Shown: positions 35,894 through 46,725 of the stretch, in pieces
Position numbering within the stretch: the first letter of the stretch is position 1
How the letters are laid out: each line of letters starts with the position of its first letter
Assembly: GCA_964581025.1 (NCBI GenBank)
Contig: CAZONA010000002.1
Coordinates: forward strand, 1-56,014
Source of the DNA: an uncultured Lachnospiraceae bacterium
Lineage (GTDB): Bacteria; Bacillota; Clostridia; Oscillospirales; CAG-272
DNA: 56,014 nt
Direction: 5' to 3'
Notes under the pieces: generated by a model
Database searches by the model: none
Seen by the model: the letters and a program-made list of their open reading frames with translations, nothing else
Told to the model about the DNA's origin: nothing
Translations under genes and position numbers: made by a program

Positions 35894-35913
35894 CAGTATC
35901 TGTAAAAATCAAG

Positions 35914-35955
35914 ATCGCTTCATGCGGAAAAACAGCCGCGTGAAGCGATTTTTTT
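35914..35955 (+). terminator. Rho-independent terminator after yebC
   Basis: 14-bp stem atcgcttcatgcgg / ccgcgtgaagcgat with one G-U pair, followed by ttttttt. Confidence 0.8.
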
Positions 35956-35986
35956 GAAAAAACCTTGTTTTTTTACAAAAAAACAT

Positions 35987-36015
35987 TTGTAATTTCTTGA
36001 TATATATGATATACT
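35987..36015 (+). promoter_or_regulatory. SigA-type promoter (extended -10) of the cdaA operon
   Basis: TTGTAA, a 17-nt spacer ending TGa, then TATACT. Confidence 0.5.
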
Positions 36016-36085
36016 GTATGGAGAATGCGTAATTGTACCCTTTTGGGGAAACTCATATACAGATCAAATGCAAAGGAGAGGTAGT

Positions 36086-36964
36086 ATGGAGCAAATAAAA
36101 TATCTTCTCGGTCAGGTACTGCAATTTCTGGAGGTGTACGTGCTTTACAGAATAGAGCGTATCGGCGTGCGCGACGTCGTGGATATGATCCTGCTTGCGC
36201 TGATATTTTTCTTCCTTTTTAATTTCATAATAAATAAGCGTGCCGCAAGGCTCGTAATAGGTCTTGCCTTTCTCCTTGTGCTGATGGTGGTAAGTATGCT
36301 TGCGGATCTGCGTGGCGTAAGCCTCGTGTTTACCGAATTTCGTCAGGCGGGGATCGTGGCAATACTCATCCTGTTCCAGCCGGAGCTGCGCTCGGTGCTC
36401 GAGCAGATAGGCAACGCCCCCCTCACCAATATCAAGCATATCTCTACCGATACGAAGAGCATAGCCTATACCTCGAACGCAATACAGATACTTACCGAGA
36501 CCGCCTGCGATCTTTCCATGGAAAAGACGGGCGCACTCATAGTCATCGAGGGCTCGACAAAGCTCGGAGAGCATATAAAAACGGGAACGGTGCTCAACGC
36601 CATGCTCTCGTCCCAGCTCCTTAAGAACATTTTCTTCAATAAAGCCCCCCTCCACGACGGAGCGGTGATACTTCGTAATTACAGAATATATTCCGCAGGC
36701 TGCTTCTTGCCGCTTTCTCTTAACGAGGATATCGACGAGAATATGGGAACGAGACACCGTGCGGCACTCGGAATAAGCGAGGTCAGCGACGCAGTCGTTA
36801 TCGTCGTTTCCGAGGAAACGGGAAAGATCTCGATAGCGCATAACGGAGAGCTCACGCAGAATTACAGCTATAAATCTCTGCATAAAAAGCTCACCGAGCT
36901 GCTTCTCCCGACCGATACGGCTAAGACTCAAAAGTCCGATAAAAGAGCAAGGAGGGAAAAATAA
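36086..36964 (+). CDS. cdaA: Diadenylate cyclase CdaA (membrane-anchored DAC domain)
   Basis: Start set at the ATG at 36086, after AGGAGAGG. Three N-terminal TM helices. 'APLHDGAVILR', 'GTRHRAALGISEVSDAVVIVVSEETG'. Confidence 0.9.
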   Translation: MEQIKYLLGQVLQFLEVYVLYRIERIGVRDVVDMILLALIFFFLFNFIINKRAARLVIGLAFLLVLMVVSMLADLRGVSLVFTEFRQAGIVAILILFQPELRSVLEQIGNAPLTNIKHISTDTKSIAYTSNAIQILTETACDLSMEKTGALIVIEGSTKLGEHIKTGTVLNAMLSSQLLKNIFFNKAPLHDGAVILRNYRIYSAGCFLPLSLNEDIDENMGTRHRAALGISEVSDAVVIVVSEETGKISIAHNGELTQNYSYKSLHKKLTELLLPTDTAKTQKSDKRARREK

Positions 36965-37383
36965 TGAGTACATCGCATCAGCATGACGATATGATGGACG
37001 TCGGCTTCTCACACGGTGAGGAGACTGCGACCAAGAAAAAATTCAAAAAGATAAATATTCTCGTTTTCTTCGCCTGCATCGTGCTCGCCTTCGCCTTTTG
37101 GTGCTATGCACTTCAGGTCAACGATCCCATAATCAAAAAGACCGTCCCCGTCGAGCTTCAGCTCGTCGGCGGAGCAGAGGGAGAAACACTTTCCGCATCA
37201 CCGCAGACAATAGAGATCTGGGGCGTCCGCTCAACTCTCGATAAGGTCGATAGGATTACAGTAAAGGTCAACAGAAGCTCGGTATCCGCACCCGATAAGG
37301 ACATAGAGCTGCCCATAACCCTCCCACAAAACGTCGAGAGTAAAACGGAGCGGATCACCGTTCGCCTTACGGTAGCGGAATAA
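36964..37383 (+). CDS. cdaR: YbbR/CdaR-like protein (short, single TM plus one YbbR-like repeat)
   Basis: It lies immediately downstream of cdaA with a stop/start overlap and has TM 'ILVFFACIVLAFAFWCYAL'. The call rests mainly on conserved gene order. Confidence 0.45.
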   Translation: MSTSHQHDDMMDVGFSHGEETATKKKFKKINILVFFACIVLAFAFWCYALQVNDPIIKKTVPVELQLVGGAEGETLSASPQTIEIWGVRSTLDKVDRITVKVNRSSVSAPDKDIELPITLPQNVESKTERITVRLTVAE

Positions 37384-38970
37384 ATGAGCAGATTTTTGAT
37401 AAACGATATCAAGCTCGGGCTCGACGGTAACGAAGCCCAAGCCATCTCCCGTGCGAGAAAGATCATCGCAGGTGAGGGAATAGATCCCCGAGAGCTTGAT
37501 ATGTCGGTGTACAGACGCTCGATAGACGCAAGGGATAAGAATAATATCCTCCTCGTTTACAGCGTCCTTGCCGTTTCCGAAAACGAGATCCCCATCCGCA
37601 CGGGCTCAAGACTTAAGCCCATGCCCGAGCAAACGCTCGTAACGGAACGGGGAAGCGAAAGGCTCTCGGCAAGACCGGTCATCGTCGGAATGGGACCGGC
37701 AGGGCTTTTTTGCGCCCTTTTGCTTGCCGAAAACGGATATCGCCCCATCATTATGGACAGAGGCGACGACGTAAATAAGAGAAAAGCCGCAGTCGATAGA
37801 TTTGCAAGCGAGGGAATACTCGATACCGAATCGAATATCCAATTCGGAGCAGGCGGAGCGGGAACGTTTTCCGACGGAAAATTGACCACGAGAATAAACG
37901 ATCCGAGATGCTCCTACGTTCTCGACCGATTCGTCGAGTTCGGCGCACCGAGAGAGATACTCACACGTGCCAAGCCCCATATAGGCACGGATATACTCAC
38001 CGACGTGGTGAATAATATACTTGAAAGAATAGAAAAATGCGGTGGCACGGTAATGTACCGTTGCCGCCTTGACGGTTATATAAGGCACGAGAGCTCGGTG
38101 GAGCTTTTGACCACCTGCGGAGCGGTGGAAGCCGGTGCTGCGGTGCTCGCCCTCGGACATAGTGCAAGGGATACCTACAGAATGCTTATGTCTCATAATA
38201 TGGTAATAGAGCCGAAGCCCTATTCCGTCGGCGTCCGAGTGGAGCATCTCCAAGAGGATATAGACAGAGCAATGTACGGTAGGTACGCAAATCACCCCTC
38301 GCTCGGACATGCCGAATATAACCTCTCGGATACGAGGGGCGAGCGAGGAGTCTATACGTTTTGTATGTGCCCCGGCGGAGAGGTCGTGCCTGCCACGTCG
38401 CAACAGTACGGCGTCTGCGTCAACGGTATGAGTAAATACGCAAGGGACGGCAGAAACGCAAACTGTGCGGTCAACGTCTCCGTAAATCCGACGGATTACG
38501 GATCAACCCCAATAGGAGCGATCGAATTTCAGGAGGAGCTCGAGCGCCGTGCGTACCGCCTCGGCGGCGGAGATTATTACGCACCCGTGCAGACCATGGG
38601 CGATTTTCTTGAAGGACAAGTCAAGCACGAGCCGAAAAGAATAATGCCCACCTACGGAAACGGTAAAAGAGTCCGTGTCGCACCGCTCGACGAGGCCTTG
38701 CCGAAGGAAATAAGTAAACGGCTTCGGGAGGGCTTTGGAATATTCAACGGCAGAATAGAGGGCTTCGCCGCCCCCGACGCCGTCCTTACGGGCGTCGAAA
38801 CACGCACCTCCGCCCCCGTCAGAATAATGAGGGGCGATGACCTTACCGCCCTCGGCTCACCGCTCATCTACCCGTGCGGAGAGGGCGCAGGATATGCCGG
38901 CGGAATTATGAGCTCCGCCGTCGACGGCATCAAGGTCGCACTTGCAATTATCAAAAAATACGCAAATTAA
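37384..38970 (+). CDS. FAD-dependent oxidoreductase (COG2509-like)
   Basis: Dinucleotide-binding 'VIVGMGPAGLFCALLLAENG' and 'FGAGGAGTFSDGKL'. Confidence 0.75.
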   Translation: MSRFLINDIKLGLDGNEAQAISRARKIIAGEGIDPRELDMSVYRRSIDARDKNNILLVYSVLAVSENEIPIRTGSRLKPMPEQTLVTERGSERLSARPVIVGMGPAGLFCALLLAENGYRPIIMDRGDDVNKRKAAVDRFASEGILDTESNIQFGAGGAGTFSDGKLTTRINDPRCSYVLDRFVEFGAPREILTRAKPHIGTDILTDVVNNILERIEKCGGTVMYRCRLDGYIRHESSVELLTTCGAVEAGAAVLALGHSARDTYRMLMSHNMVIEPKPYSVGVRVEHLQEDIDRAMYGRYANHPSLGHAEYNLSDTRGERGVYTFCMCPGGEVVPATSQQYGVCVNGMSKYARDGRNANCAVNVSVNPTDYGSTPIGAIEFQEELERRAYRLGGGDYYAPVQTMGDFLEGQVKHEPKRIMPTYGNGKRVRVAPLDEALPKEISKRLREGFGIFNGRIEGFAAPDAVLTGVETRTSAPVRIMRGDDLTALGSPLIYPCGEGAGYAGGIMSSAVDGIKVALAIIKKYAN

Positions 38971-38997
38971 AAAATACTCGGAAAGGAGAGATGCAAA

Positions 38998-41196
38998 ATG
39001 GATAATAAAAAAACGCTCTGGAGCGTTAAATACGAAGAAAACGACATATCTCGCACGGCAGTCGCACAAATGGCAAAAGATCTCGGAATATCCGAAATTT
39101 GCGCATCCCTCCTTTATAACAGAGGACATAGGAGCACAAGCGAAGCAAAAAGCTTCCTCGATTGCTCGGATATCCTCATGCACTCGCCCCTGCTGCTTCG
39201 GGACGTCGAGCGTGCCGTGGAGAGAATAGCGGATGCCATCGAGAATAAAGAGCGGATCGCCATATACGGCGACTACGACGTCGACGGCGTAACGTCCGTT
39301 ACCATGCTCTACCTCTACCTTAAATCCCTCGGCGCAGACGTCGGATATTATATCCCGAACAGAACCGAGGAGGGCTACGGTTTGTCTAACGCCGCAATAG
39401 CCCACCTCGCCTCGAGAGGCGTCAAGCTCATTATAACGGTCGATACGGGAATTACCGCAGTCGAGGAGGTGCGCTATGCCGCCTCCCTCGGCATAGATAC
39501 CGTCGTAACCGACCACCACGAATGCCAAAAGCAGATCCCCGACGCAATAGCGGTCGTGAATCCCCACAGATCCGATTGCCCCTATCCCTTTAAGCAGCTT
39601 GCCGGCGTCGGAGTAATATTCAAGGTCATCACCGCCTATGAAATAATCAAGGTCTACGGCAGGGAGCTGGAAAGGGAAGCGGTCGCCTCAATCTACCGCA
39701 AATTCGCCGACCTCGCCGCCATCGGAACGATAGCGGACGTTATGCCCATCGTCGACGAAAACAGAATGATCGTCAAATACGGACTTGCCATGCTCGAGCA
39801 TACCGAAAGGTGCGGACTTGTCGCACTTATGGAAGCGGCAAGCCTCGGCGGAAATCCCAACGTCCGCCTCGCAACCGGTGAAAAGCCCAAGACCGCAAAG
39901 CCGAGAAAGATAAATTCATCCTATATAGGCTTCACCATAGCCCCCCGTATCAACGCCGCAGGCAGAATAGCGAGCGCATCGCAGGCGGTCGAGCTGCTCC
40001 TTGCGGACGATCCCGATTCCGCCGAGATTCTTGCACAGCAGCTCTGCGAGACGAATTACCAAAGACAGCTTGAGGAAAATAAAATAGCACAGTCCGCCTA
40101 CGAAAAGATCGAAAACGAGCTTGACCTCGAAAATCAAAAGGTCATAGTCGTGGCGTCTGACGAATGGCTTCAGGGTGTTATAGGCATCGTGTCCTCCAAG
40201 GTTACGGAAAAATACGGTCTGCCCTCGATTCTCGTGTCCTTTAAGGACTCCTTCGACATAGATCCCGACGGACTCGACGTCGGTAAAGGCTCGGGACGGA
40301 GCGTGCGAGGCTTTAACCTCGTCGACGCCCTTTCGCATTCGAGCGAATACCTCGTCAAATTCGGCGGACACGAGCTCGCCGCAGGGCTTTCCGTAAGACG
40401 TAAGGACCTCGAGCAGTTCAGAGAAAAAATAAACGAATACGCAAATACCGTCATCACCGACGATATGCTCTGCCGACATATCGAGGCGGATAGGGAGGTT
40501 TTGCTTTCCGATCTCGATATGAAGCTTGCACGTGAGATAAATATGCTCGAGCCCTTCGGAAATATGAACACCGCCCCGAGCTTTATTATCAAAGAGCTTA
40601 GGGTGCTTAGGATCTATTCCATAGGCGGCGGAAGTCATACGAAGCTCGTTCTCGAGCAGGGCGGACGCTCCATCGACGCAGTTATGTTCCATAAGCCGTC
40701 GATACAGCTCGGAATACACGAGGGCGACCTCGTCGACGTCCTCTTCAGCCTCGAGATAAATAAATTCAATAATAACGAAACGCTCCAGCTCATCCTGCAG
40801 GATATAAGACGCTCCGAACGCTTCCTTGCCTACTTTAAGAACGAAAGGGAGCTGTATGCGTCCGTCCGTGAGGGTGGGACGTTTGCCGCACGGGACGACC
40901 TCGTCCCCACAAGGAACGATTTCGCCGTCGTGTATTCAATGCTCAGACGTGAGTATTCCACGGGAAACGACGTTATGACCGAGGAGGAGCTTGCGGCTGC
41001 GCTTTCAAAAATACAGGGCTGCAGAATAAGACTTGCAAAGCTTAAATTTATGCTCGATATACTGAATGAGCTTGAGCTCTGCCGAGTTTTCGAGCTGATG
41101 CCGGGCATGTACCGCTATGAGATCTGTAAGAGAACGGAAAAGGCGGATATCGAAAGCTCGGAAATACTTCAACAGCTCAAAAGACAATGTACATAA
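38998..41196 (+). CDS. recJ: Single-stranded-DNA-specific exonuclease RecJ
   Basis: DHH motifs 'IYGDYDVDGVTS', 'ITVDTGI' and 'VVTDHH', plus DHHA1 'GGHELAAG'. Confidence 0.92.
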   Translation: MDNKKTLWSVKYEENDISRTAVAQMAKDLGISEICASLLYNRGHRSTSEAKSFLDCSDILMHSPLLLRDVERAVERIADAIENKERIAIYGDYDVDGVTSVTMLYLYLKSLGADVGYYIPNRTEEGYGLSNAAIAHLASRGVKLIITVDTGITAVEEVRYAASLGIDTVVTDHHECQKQIPDAIAVVNPHRSDCPYPFKQLAGVGVIFKVITAYEIIKVYGRELEREAVASIYRKFADLAAIGTIADVMPIVDENRMIVKYGLAMLEHTERCGLVALMEAASLGGNPNVRLATGEKPKTAKPRKINSSYIGFTIAPRINAAGRIASASQAVELLLADDPDSAEILAQQLCETNYQRQLEENKIAQSAYEKIENELDLENQKVIVVASDEWLQGVIGIVSSKVTEKYGLPSILVSFKDSFDIDPDGLDVGKGSGRSVRGFNLVDALSHSSEYLVKFGGHELAAGLSVRRKDLEQFREKINEYANTVITDDMLCRHIEADREVLLSDLDMKLAREINMLEPFGNMNTAPSFIIKELRVLRIYSIGGGSHTKLVLEQGGRSIDAVMFHKPSIQLGIHEGDLVDVLFSLEINKFNNNETLQLILQDIRRSERFLAYFKNERELYASVREGGTFAARDDLVPTRNDFAVVYSMLRREYSTGNDVMTEEELAAALSKIQGCRIRLAKLKFMLDILNELELCRVFELMPGMYRYEICKRTEKADIESSEILQQLKRQCT

Positions 41197-41220
41197 TGCA
41201 TAATTACGGAGATATATTAT

Positions 41221-43428
41221 ATGTCCAACGCTAATACGGATATTACCAAGCTTCTGACAATGCTCAGGGCTACGGGAAAGAAATACGATATCGAAAAGAT
41301 AGAGAGAGCCTACGAATACGCAAGAACGCTCCACGAGGGGCAGTTCCGTGCAAGCGGAGAGGCGTATATCTCTCACCCCGTGGCCGTAGCCGAGATAGTC
41401 GCAGGACTTGAACTTGATACGGATTCCATCTGTGCGGCGCTTCTTCACGATACGGTCGAGGACTGTGCGGATAAAACGAATCTTAAGGAAATAGAAAAGC
41501 TCTTCGGCACGGACGTTTCCATGCTCGTCGACGGGCTTACCAAAATAGTAACCCTCAAGGTCGAGGATAAGGAAGAGGCACATATCGAAACTCTGCGAAA
41601 AATGCTCCTCGCTATGTCCAAGGACGTCAGAGTCATATTCATCAAGCTCTGCGACCGACTTCATAATATGCGAACGCTCGACGCAAAGCCCGATTCGAAA
41701 AGACGCCTTACCGCACTTGAGACCATGCAGGTCTACGCCCCCCTCGCACATCGCCTCGGTATGCAGAAGATCAAGCAGGAGCTTGAAAACCTCGGCTTGA
41801 AATATATTGATCCCATCGGCTACGAGGAGGTCAGACAGAATATCGAGAAGAAATACGGTCAGAGCCTGCATTTCATCGAGGACGTTCGCCTCATGGTCGA
41901 TAATAAGCTGAGGGAAAATAATATCAAATTCACCCTCGAGGGACGTATCAAAACGGTTTACAGCATCTATAAAAAGATGTATAATCAGAATAAGAGCTTC
42001 GATGAGATATTCGACTTCTACGCCCTCAGAATAATCGTCGATACAGAGCTTGATTGCTATACCGCCCTCGGACTCATCCACGAGATGTTCAATTCCGTCC
42101 CCGGACGCTTTAAGGACTATATCTCGACGCCGAAGCCGAATATGTACCGCTCCCTCCATACCACCGTCATAGGAAAATACGGTATACCATTTGAGGTTCA
42201 GATAAGAACGTGGGAGATGCACCATATCGCCGAATACGGCGTTGCGGCGCATTGGAAATATAAATCCGGCGAACGCTCCAAGGAGGAGATAGATAAGAAG
42301 CTCGAGTGGATATCGAGATTGCTTGAGACCGAGGACGAAACACGGGATCCCGAGGAGTTTATGCAAGCGCTCAAGATCGACATCTTCCACGACGAGACCT
42401 TCGTCTTTACCCCAAAGGGCGACGTAATGGCACTTCCGCAGGGCGCAACCGTCATAGACTTCGCCTACGCAATACACAGCGCCGTCGGTCATAAAATGAT
42501 CGGCGCAAAGATAAACGGAATGATAGTCCCGATAGACCGAGTCCTGCAGAACGGAGAGATAGTCGAGATACTCACCTCGTCCGCATCCAAAGGACCGAGC
42601 AGGGACTGGCTTAAGATCGTTACCACGAGCGAGGCGAAGAATAAGATCCGCCAGTGGTTCAAGAAGGAAAAGAGAGCCGATAATATCCTCCTCGGTCGCT
42701 CAATGATTGAAGGCGAGATAAAGAAGGCAGGCTACGTCGTCAGCGACGCCACAAAGAACGAGGCAGTCGAGAACGTCGCACTGCGTAACGGCTTTTCGAG
42801 TGCGGACGACCTCTATAATACCATCGGCTACGGCGGTCTGCCGCTCACTAAGGTCAGAAATAAGATCGTCGACGAGCTTGATAAGATCGTCTCGCCCCCC
42901 GAGGCACAGCCCCCCGTTACGGAGGAGAATATCGTTACCGCAAAGCCTAAGAAGATCCGCTCCAATAGCGGCATTATCGTCGACGGCGAGAGCGGCTGCA
43001 GCGTGAAATTCGCAAAATGCTGTAACCCCCTCCCGGGCGATGCGGTAATAGGCTTTATAACCAAGGGCTACGGCATCTCGATCCATAAATGCGACTGCCC
43101 CAATGTTATGAACGGTCAGAAGAACCCCGAATATAAGGACCGTTGGGTGAGCGCATCGTGGGATACCGATCCCAACGATAAGAGAAGCCTTTTCGAGGCA
43201 AATCTTCAGATACGTGTCGACGACCGTATAGGAATGCTTGCGGATATCTCCGTCGCCCTTGCGGATATGCGTGTCGATATACTTCAGATAAACGTCCAGA
43301 CCTCCTCGGGCTATTCACTTGTTCAGCTCAAGGTGGGCTGTAAGAATACGGATCACTATAATTCCATCGTGTCAAGACTCCGCTCCATCCCCGGTATATA
43401 CGAGGTTACACGAGGATTTGTCAATTAA
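41221..43428 (+). CDS. relA: Bifunctional (p)ppGpp synthetase/hydrolase (Rel/RelA-SpoT homolog)
   Basis: HD domain 'HPVAVAEI...LLHDTVED', synthetase 'YRSLHTTV' and C-terminal TGS and ACT regions. Confidence 0.92.
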   Translation: MSNANTDITKLLTMLRATGKKYDIEKIERAYEYARTLHEGQFRASGEAYISHPVAVAEIVAGLELDTDSICAALLHDTVEDCADKTNLKEIEKLFGTDVSMLVDGLTKIVTLKVEDKEEAHIETLRKMLLAMSKDVRVIFIKLCDRLHNMRTLDAKPDSKRRLTALETMQVYAPLAHRLGMQKIKQELENLGLKYIDPIGYEEVRQNIEKKYGQSLHFIEDVRLMVDNKLRENNIKFTLEGRIKTVYSIYKKMYNQNKSFDEIFDFYALRIIVDTELDCYTALGLIHEMFNSVPGRFKDYISTPKPNMYRSLHTTVIGKYGIPFEVQIRTWEMHHIAEYGVAAHWKYKSGERSKEEIDKKLEWISRLLETEDETRDPEEFMQALKIDIFHDETFVFTPKGDVMALPQGATVIDFAYAIHSAVGHKMIGAKINGMIVPIDRVLQNGEIVEILTSSASKGPSRDWLKIVTTSEAKNKIRQWFKKEKRADNILLGRSMIEGEIKKAGYVVSDATKNEAVENVALRNGFSSADDLYNTIGYGGLPLTKVRNKIVDELDKIVSPPEAQPPVTEENIVTAKPKKIRSNSGIIVDGESGCSVKFAKCCNPLPGDAVIGFITKGYGISIHKCDCPNVMNGQKNPEYKDRWVSASWDTDPNDKRSLFEANLQIRVDDRIGMLADISVALADMRVDILQINVQTSSGYSLVQLKVGCKNTDHYNSIVSRLRSIPGIYEVTRGFVN

Positions 43429-43438
43429 GGAGGACGGT

Positions 43439-43888
43439 ATGATCGCCGTAATACAAAGAGTTAAAAATTCCAACGTCAAAATAAACGACCGCCTCCGTGG
43501 GCAGTGCTCCGAGGGACTTATGATATTGCTCGGCGTCGCCGCAGAGGATACGAGAGAGGATGCGGAGCTTCTCGCCAAAAAAATCGCAAAGCTCCGTATA
43601 TTCTGCGACGAAAACGGCAAAATGAACCTCTCCGTCCTCGATATCGACGGTGAAGCACTCATCGTCTCGCAGTTCACCCTGCTCGCAAATTATAAAAAGG
43701 GCAACCGCCCCGACTATTTCGGAGCGGCAGAGCCGTCGGTCGCAATACCGCTCTACGAATATTTCGTCGAGCTTATGCGAGCACAGCTTCGCCATGTTGA
43801 AACGGGCGAATTCGGTGCGGATATGCAGGTAAGCATACTCAACGACGGACCGGTTACCATAATAATGGACAGTAATAAGCTTAAATAA
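43439..43888 (+). CDS. dtd: D-aminoacyl-tRNA deacylase
   Basis: Start at the ATG at 43439, after AAGGAGG. 'MIAVIQRV', 'SQFTLLA' and 'GADMQVSILNDGPVTI'. Confidence 0.9.
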   Translation: MIAVIQRVKNSNVKINDRLRGQCSEGLMILLGVAAEDTREDAELLAKKIAKLRIFCDENGKMNLSVLDIDGEALIVSQFTLLANYKKGNRPDYFGAAEPSVAIPLYEYFVELMRAQLRHVETGEFGADMQVSILNDGPVTIIMDSNKLK

Positions 43889-43911
43889 GCTATAACAACA
43901 GGAGTTCACAA

Positions 43912-45399
43912 ATGAAGCTTACAGTAACAGGAGATATCAACGCCTTTTACGTTCAAACGCTCTGTATGATATTCTTCCCGGGCGAAAAATTTTCAGATAC
44001 GGCAGAAATAGACGAAACGACGCCGGTCATGGACGTCTCCGTTCATAATACGGATACCTGCTCGTGCGCAAGTGCAACTCTCACTTATCTCGGAAAAACG
44101 GTAAGTGCCCAGAGAAGCGTTGAATTTTTACCCGAGCGAACGAAGCAGCGTACCGCCAAGATAGCCGCAGGAAACGTAGTCCTCGCCGTCGGAAGCGAGA
44201 TACTCGGCTACAGACCGTCGTGGGGAATGCTCACGGGCGTCCGTCCGACAAAGGTCGCAATGGAAATGCTCCTTAGCGGAAACAGTAAGGCTAAGGTCAA
44301 AAAGACGCTCAATACGGACTATTTCGTAATTCCGAAAAAGGCGGCGCTCGCAACGGATATCGCACGCAGAGAGCAGAAGATCATCGGAGAGCCGAATATC
44401 AAGGATTGCAGCGTCTACGTTTCAATACCGTTCTGCCCCTCAAGATGCTCCTATTGCTCGTTCGTTTCGTATACCACCCCGAAGCTGCTCTCGCTAATCC
44501 CCGCATACCTCGATAAGCTCTGCGAGGAGCTTTCCGCCGTGCTCAATACGGTGAAGGAGAGGGAGCTCAACCTTAAAACCGTCTATATCGGCGGCGGAAC
44601 ACCTACCATACTCACCGCAGAACAGCTCCGTAGACTTCTTTCCCTTATAAATTCAAAGGTCGACGTCTCCGCCCTTGAGGAATTTACGCTTGAAGGCGGC
44701 AGACCGGATACCATAGATGCGGAAAAGCTCGCCGTCGCCCGTGAATACGGAGTAACGAGGATCAGCGTAAATCCGCAGTCCCTGAACGAACAGGTCATAC
44801 GTGCGATCGGCAGAAGTCATAGCACGGATGAATTTTACCGTGCCTTCGAAATTGCCAAGGCGTCGGGCATAAAGTGCATAAATACCGACCTCATCGCAGG
44901 ACTTCCCGGAGATAATTTCAAATATTTCTCCGCCACCTTCGATAAGATCGTCGCCCTCGAGCCCGAAAATATCACCGTACATACCTTCTGCGTCAAAAAA
45001 GCGGCGGATATACTCGCACAAAACCAAAACGTGTATTCGATCCGTGGCGGAGACGCCGGAAAATGCGTGGATTATTCACAGCTCCGTGCGCAGTCCGCAG
45101 GATATCTGCCCTATTATATGTACAGACAGAAGAATACCGTCGGCAACTTCGAGAACGTCGGCTTCGCCCTCGAGGGAACGGAGGGACTCTATAATATCTA
45201 TATGATGGAAGAGGTCCATTCCATACTTGCCGTCGGTGCGGGAGCGGTAACCAAGCTCGTCGAATATCACCCGGCGAATATCGCACAAACAAAGATAATA
45301 AGATGCTTTAACCCCAAATACCCCTATGAATATCTCGATAATCATTCGGGCACGCTCATTATGGATGAGATAAATAAATTTTACGATTCGCATCAATAA
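43912..45399 (+). CDS. Radical SAM protein, HemZ/HemN-like coproporphyrinogen dehydrogenase family
   Basis: 'IPFCPSRCSYCSF' (CxxxCxxC). ~495 aa, as for HemZ-type proteins. Confidence 0.7.
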   Translation: MKLTVTGDINAFYVQTLCMIFFPGEKFSDTAEIDETTPVMDVSVHNTDTCSCASATLTYLGKTVSAQRSVEFLPERTKQRTAKIAAGNVVLAVGSEILGYRPSWGMLTGVRPTKVAMEMLLSGNSKAKVKKTLNTDYFVIPKKAALATDIARREQKIIGEPNIKDCSVYVSIPFCPSRCSYCSFVSYTTPKLLSLIPAYLDKLCEELSAVLNTVKERELNLKTVYIGGGTPTILTAEQLRRLLSLINSKVDVSALEEFTLEGGRPDTIDAEKLAVAREYGVTRISVNPQSLNEQVIRAIGRSHSTDEFYRAFEIAKASGIKCINTDLIAGLPGDNFKYFSATFDKIVALEPENITVHTFCVKKAADILAQNQNVYSIRGGDAGKCVDYSQLRAQSAGYLPYYMYRQKNTVGNFENVGFALEGTEGLYNIYMMEEVHSILAVGAGAVTKLVEYHPANIAQTKIIRCFNPKYPYEYLDNHSGTLIMDEINKFYDSHQ

Positions 45400-45417
45400 T
45401 CAAAACGGAGGGATAAT

Positions 45418-46704
45418 ATGAAGACATTGATCGAAAGGGTACGCATACCCGAGGAATACGGCTTCGGAGACGAGCATATATTTGTTCTGATCGAGGACGA
45501 ACGCATCGCCTACGTGGGCAGGGAAAGACCGACCGAGTACGATAAGACCATCGACGGCGGCGGAAATCTCCTGATCCCCGGATTTTATAATTCCCATAGC
45601 CACGCACCCATGATAATGTTCAGAGGCTTCGGAGAGGATCTCCCCCTCGCACGTTGGCTTGAGGAAAAGGTCTATCCCGCAGAGGAAAGACTTAACGATG
45701 AGAACGTCTACGTCGCAACGAAATTCGCCGTCGCCGAAATGCTTAAGAACGGAATCGTTTCCTTCTCGGATATGTATTTCTTCGTAGGCTCTATGGCCCG
45801 TGCGGTAATTGATACCGGAATCAAGGCAAACCTCTCACGTTCCCTCGTGTCCTTTGAGGACGGAGCGTCGGCTCACGGGGATTGGAGATTTGAGGAGGCG
45901 TGCCGCTGGGTAAAGGAATTTCAGGGCGCAAATAACGGACGTGTCGTAATGGATATGTCCCTGCACGCAGAATATACAAACCGGGATCGCTATATCAGAG
46001 AGGTCGCCGCATACGCAAAGGAAAACGGACTCAGAATACAGCTCCACGCATCCGAGAGCGAGAGCGAGCATATCGAGTGCATCGCACGCCACGGTATGAC
46101 GCCCGTCGAGTATTTTCTCGATACGGGAGTCCTCGACTCTCCGACCACTCTCGCACACTGCGTGTACGTAACCGACAGCGATATGGATATCTTGAAAAAT
46201 AAGGGCGCATTCGTCTCCCATAACCCGACGAGTAACCTTAAGCTCGGAAGCGGAGTCGCAAGGCTTCCGAAAATGCTCGAGCGAGGAATATGCGTCTCTC
46301 TCGGAACGGACGGTGCGGCGTCGAATAATACCCTCGATATTATGAGGGAATATCAGCTTGCGTCCATACTTCATAAGGGAGTGAACCGAGACGCCGAGGC
46401 GACGAGAGCACCGCAGATGCTCGATATCGCAACGTATAACGGCGCAAGATCGCAGGGCAGAGAGGACTGCGGACGGCTTGAGGTCGGCTACCGTGCGGAC
46501 CTTGTCCTTATTGACCTTTGCGCAATAAATAACAGACCGTGCTACGATACCTATTCGACTCTGTCGTATAGCGCAAATTCGTCGAATGTCCTTATGACCA
46601 TGGTCGACGGCGAGGTGCTCTATCGCAACGGTGAATTTACTACGATAGATATCGAAAAGCTGGGTTACGAATTCGACGAGATCTGTAAGCATTATTTTGA
46701 TTGA
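45418..46704 (+). CDS. Amidohydrolase, MtaD-like (5-methylthioadenosine/S-adenosylhomocysteine deaminase family)
   Basis: Metal-binding 'NSHSHAPM', 'HASES', 'LAHCVY' and 'LGTDGAASNN'. Confidence 0.7.
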   Translation: MKTLIERVRIPEEYGFGDEHIFVLIEDERIAYVGRERPTEYDKTIDGGGNLLIPGFYNSHSHAPMIMFRGFGEDLPLARWLEEKVYPAEERLNDENVYVATKFAVAEMLKNGIVSFSDMYFFVGSMARAVIDTGIKANLSRSLVSFEDGASAHGDWRFEEACRWVKEFQGANNGRVVMDMSLHAEYTNRDRYIREVAAYAKENGLRIQLHASESESEHIECIARHGMTPVEYFLDTGVLDSPTTLAHCVYVTDSDMDILKNKGAFVSHNPTSNLKLGSGVARLPKMLERGICVSLGTDGAASNNTLDIMREYQLASILHKGVNRDAEATRAPQMLDIATYNGARSQGREDCGRLEVGYRADLVLIDLCAINNRPCYDTYSTLSYSANSSNVLMTMVDGEVLYRNGEFTTIDIEKLGYEFDEICKHYFD

Positions 46705-46725
46705 TTTATATGTGGAGGCTGTGAT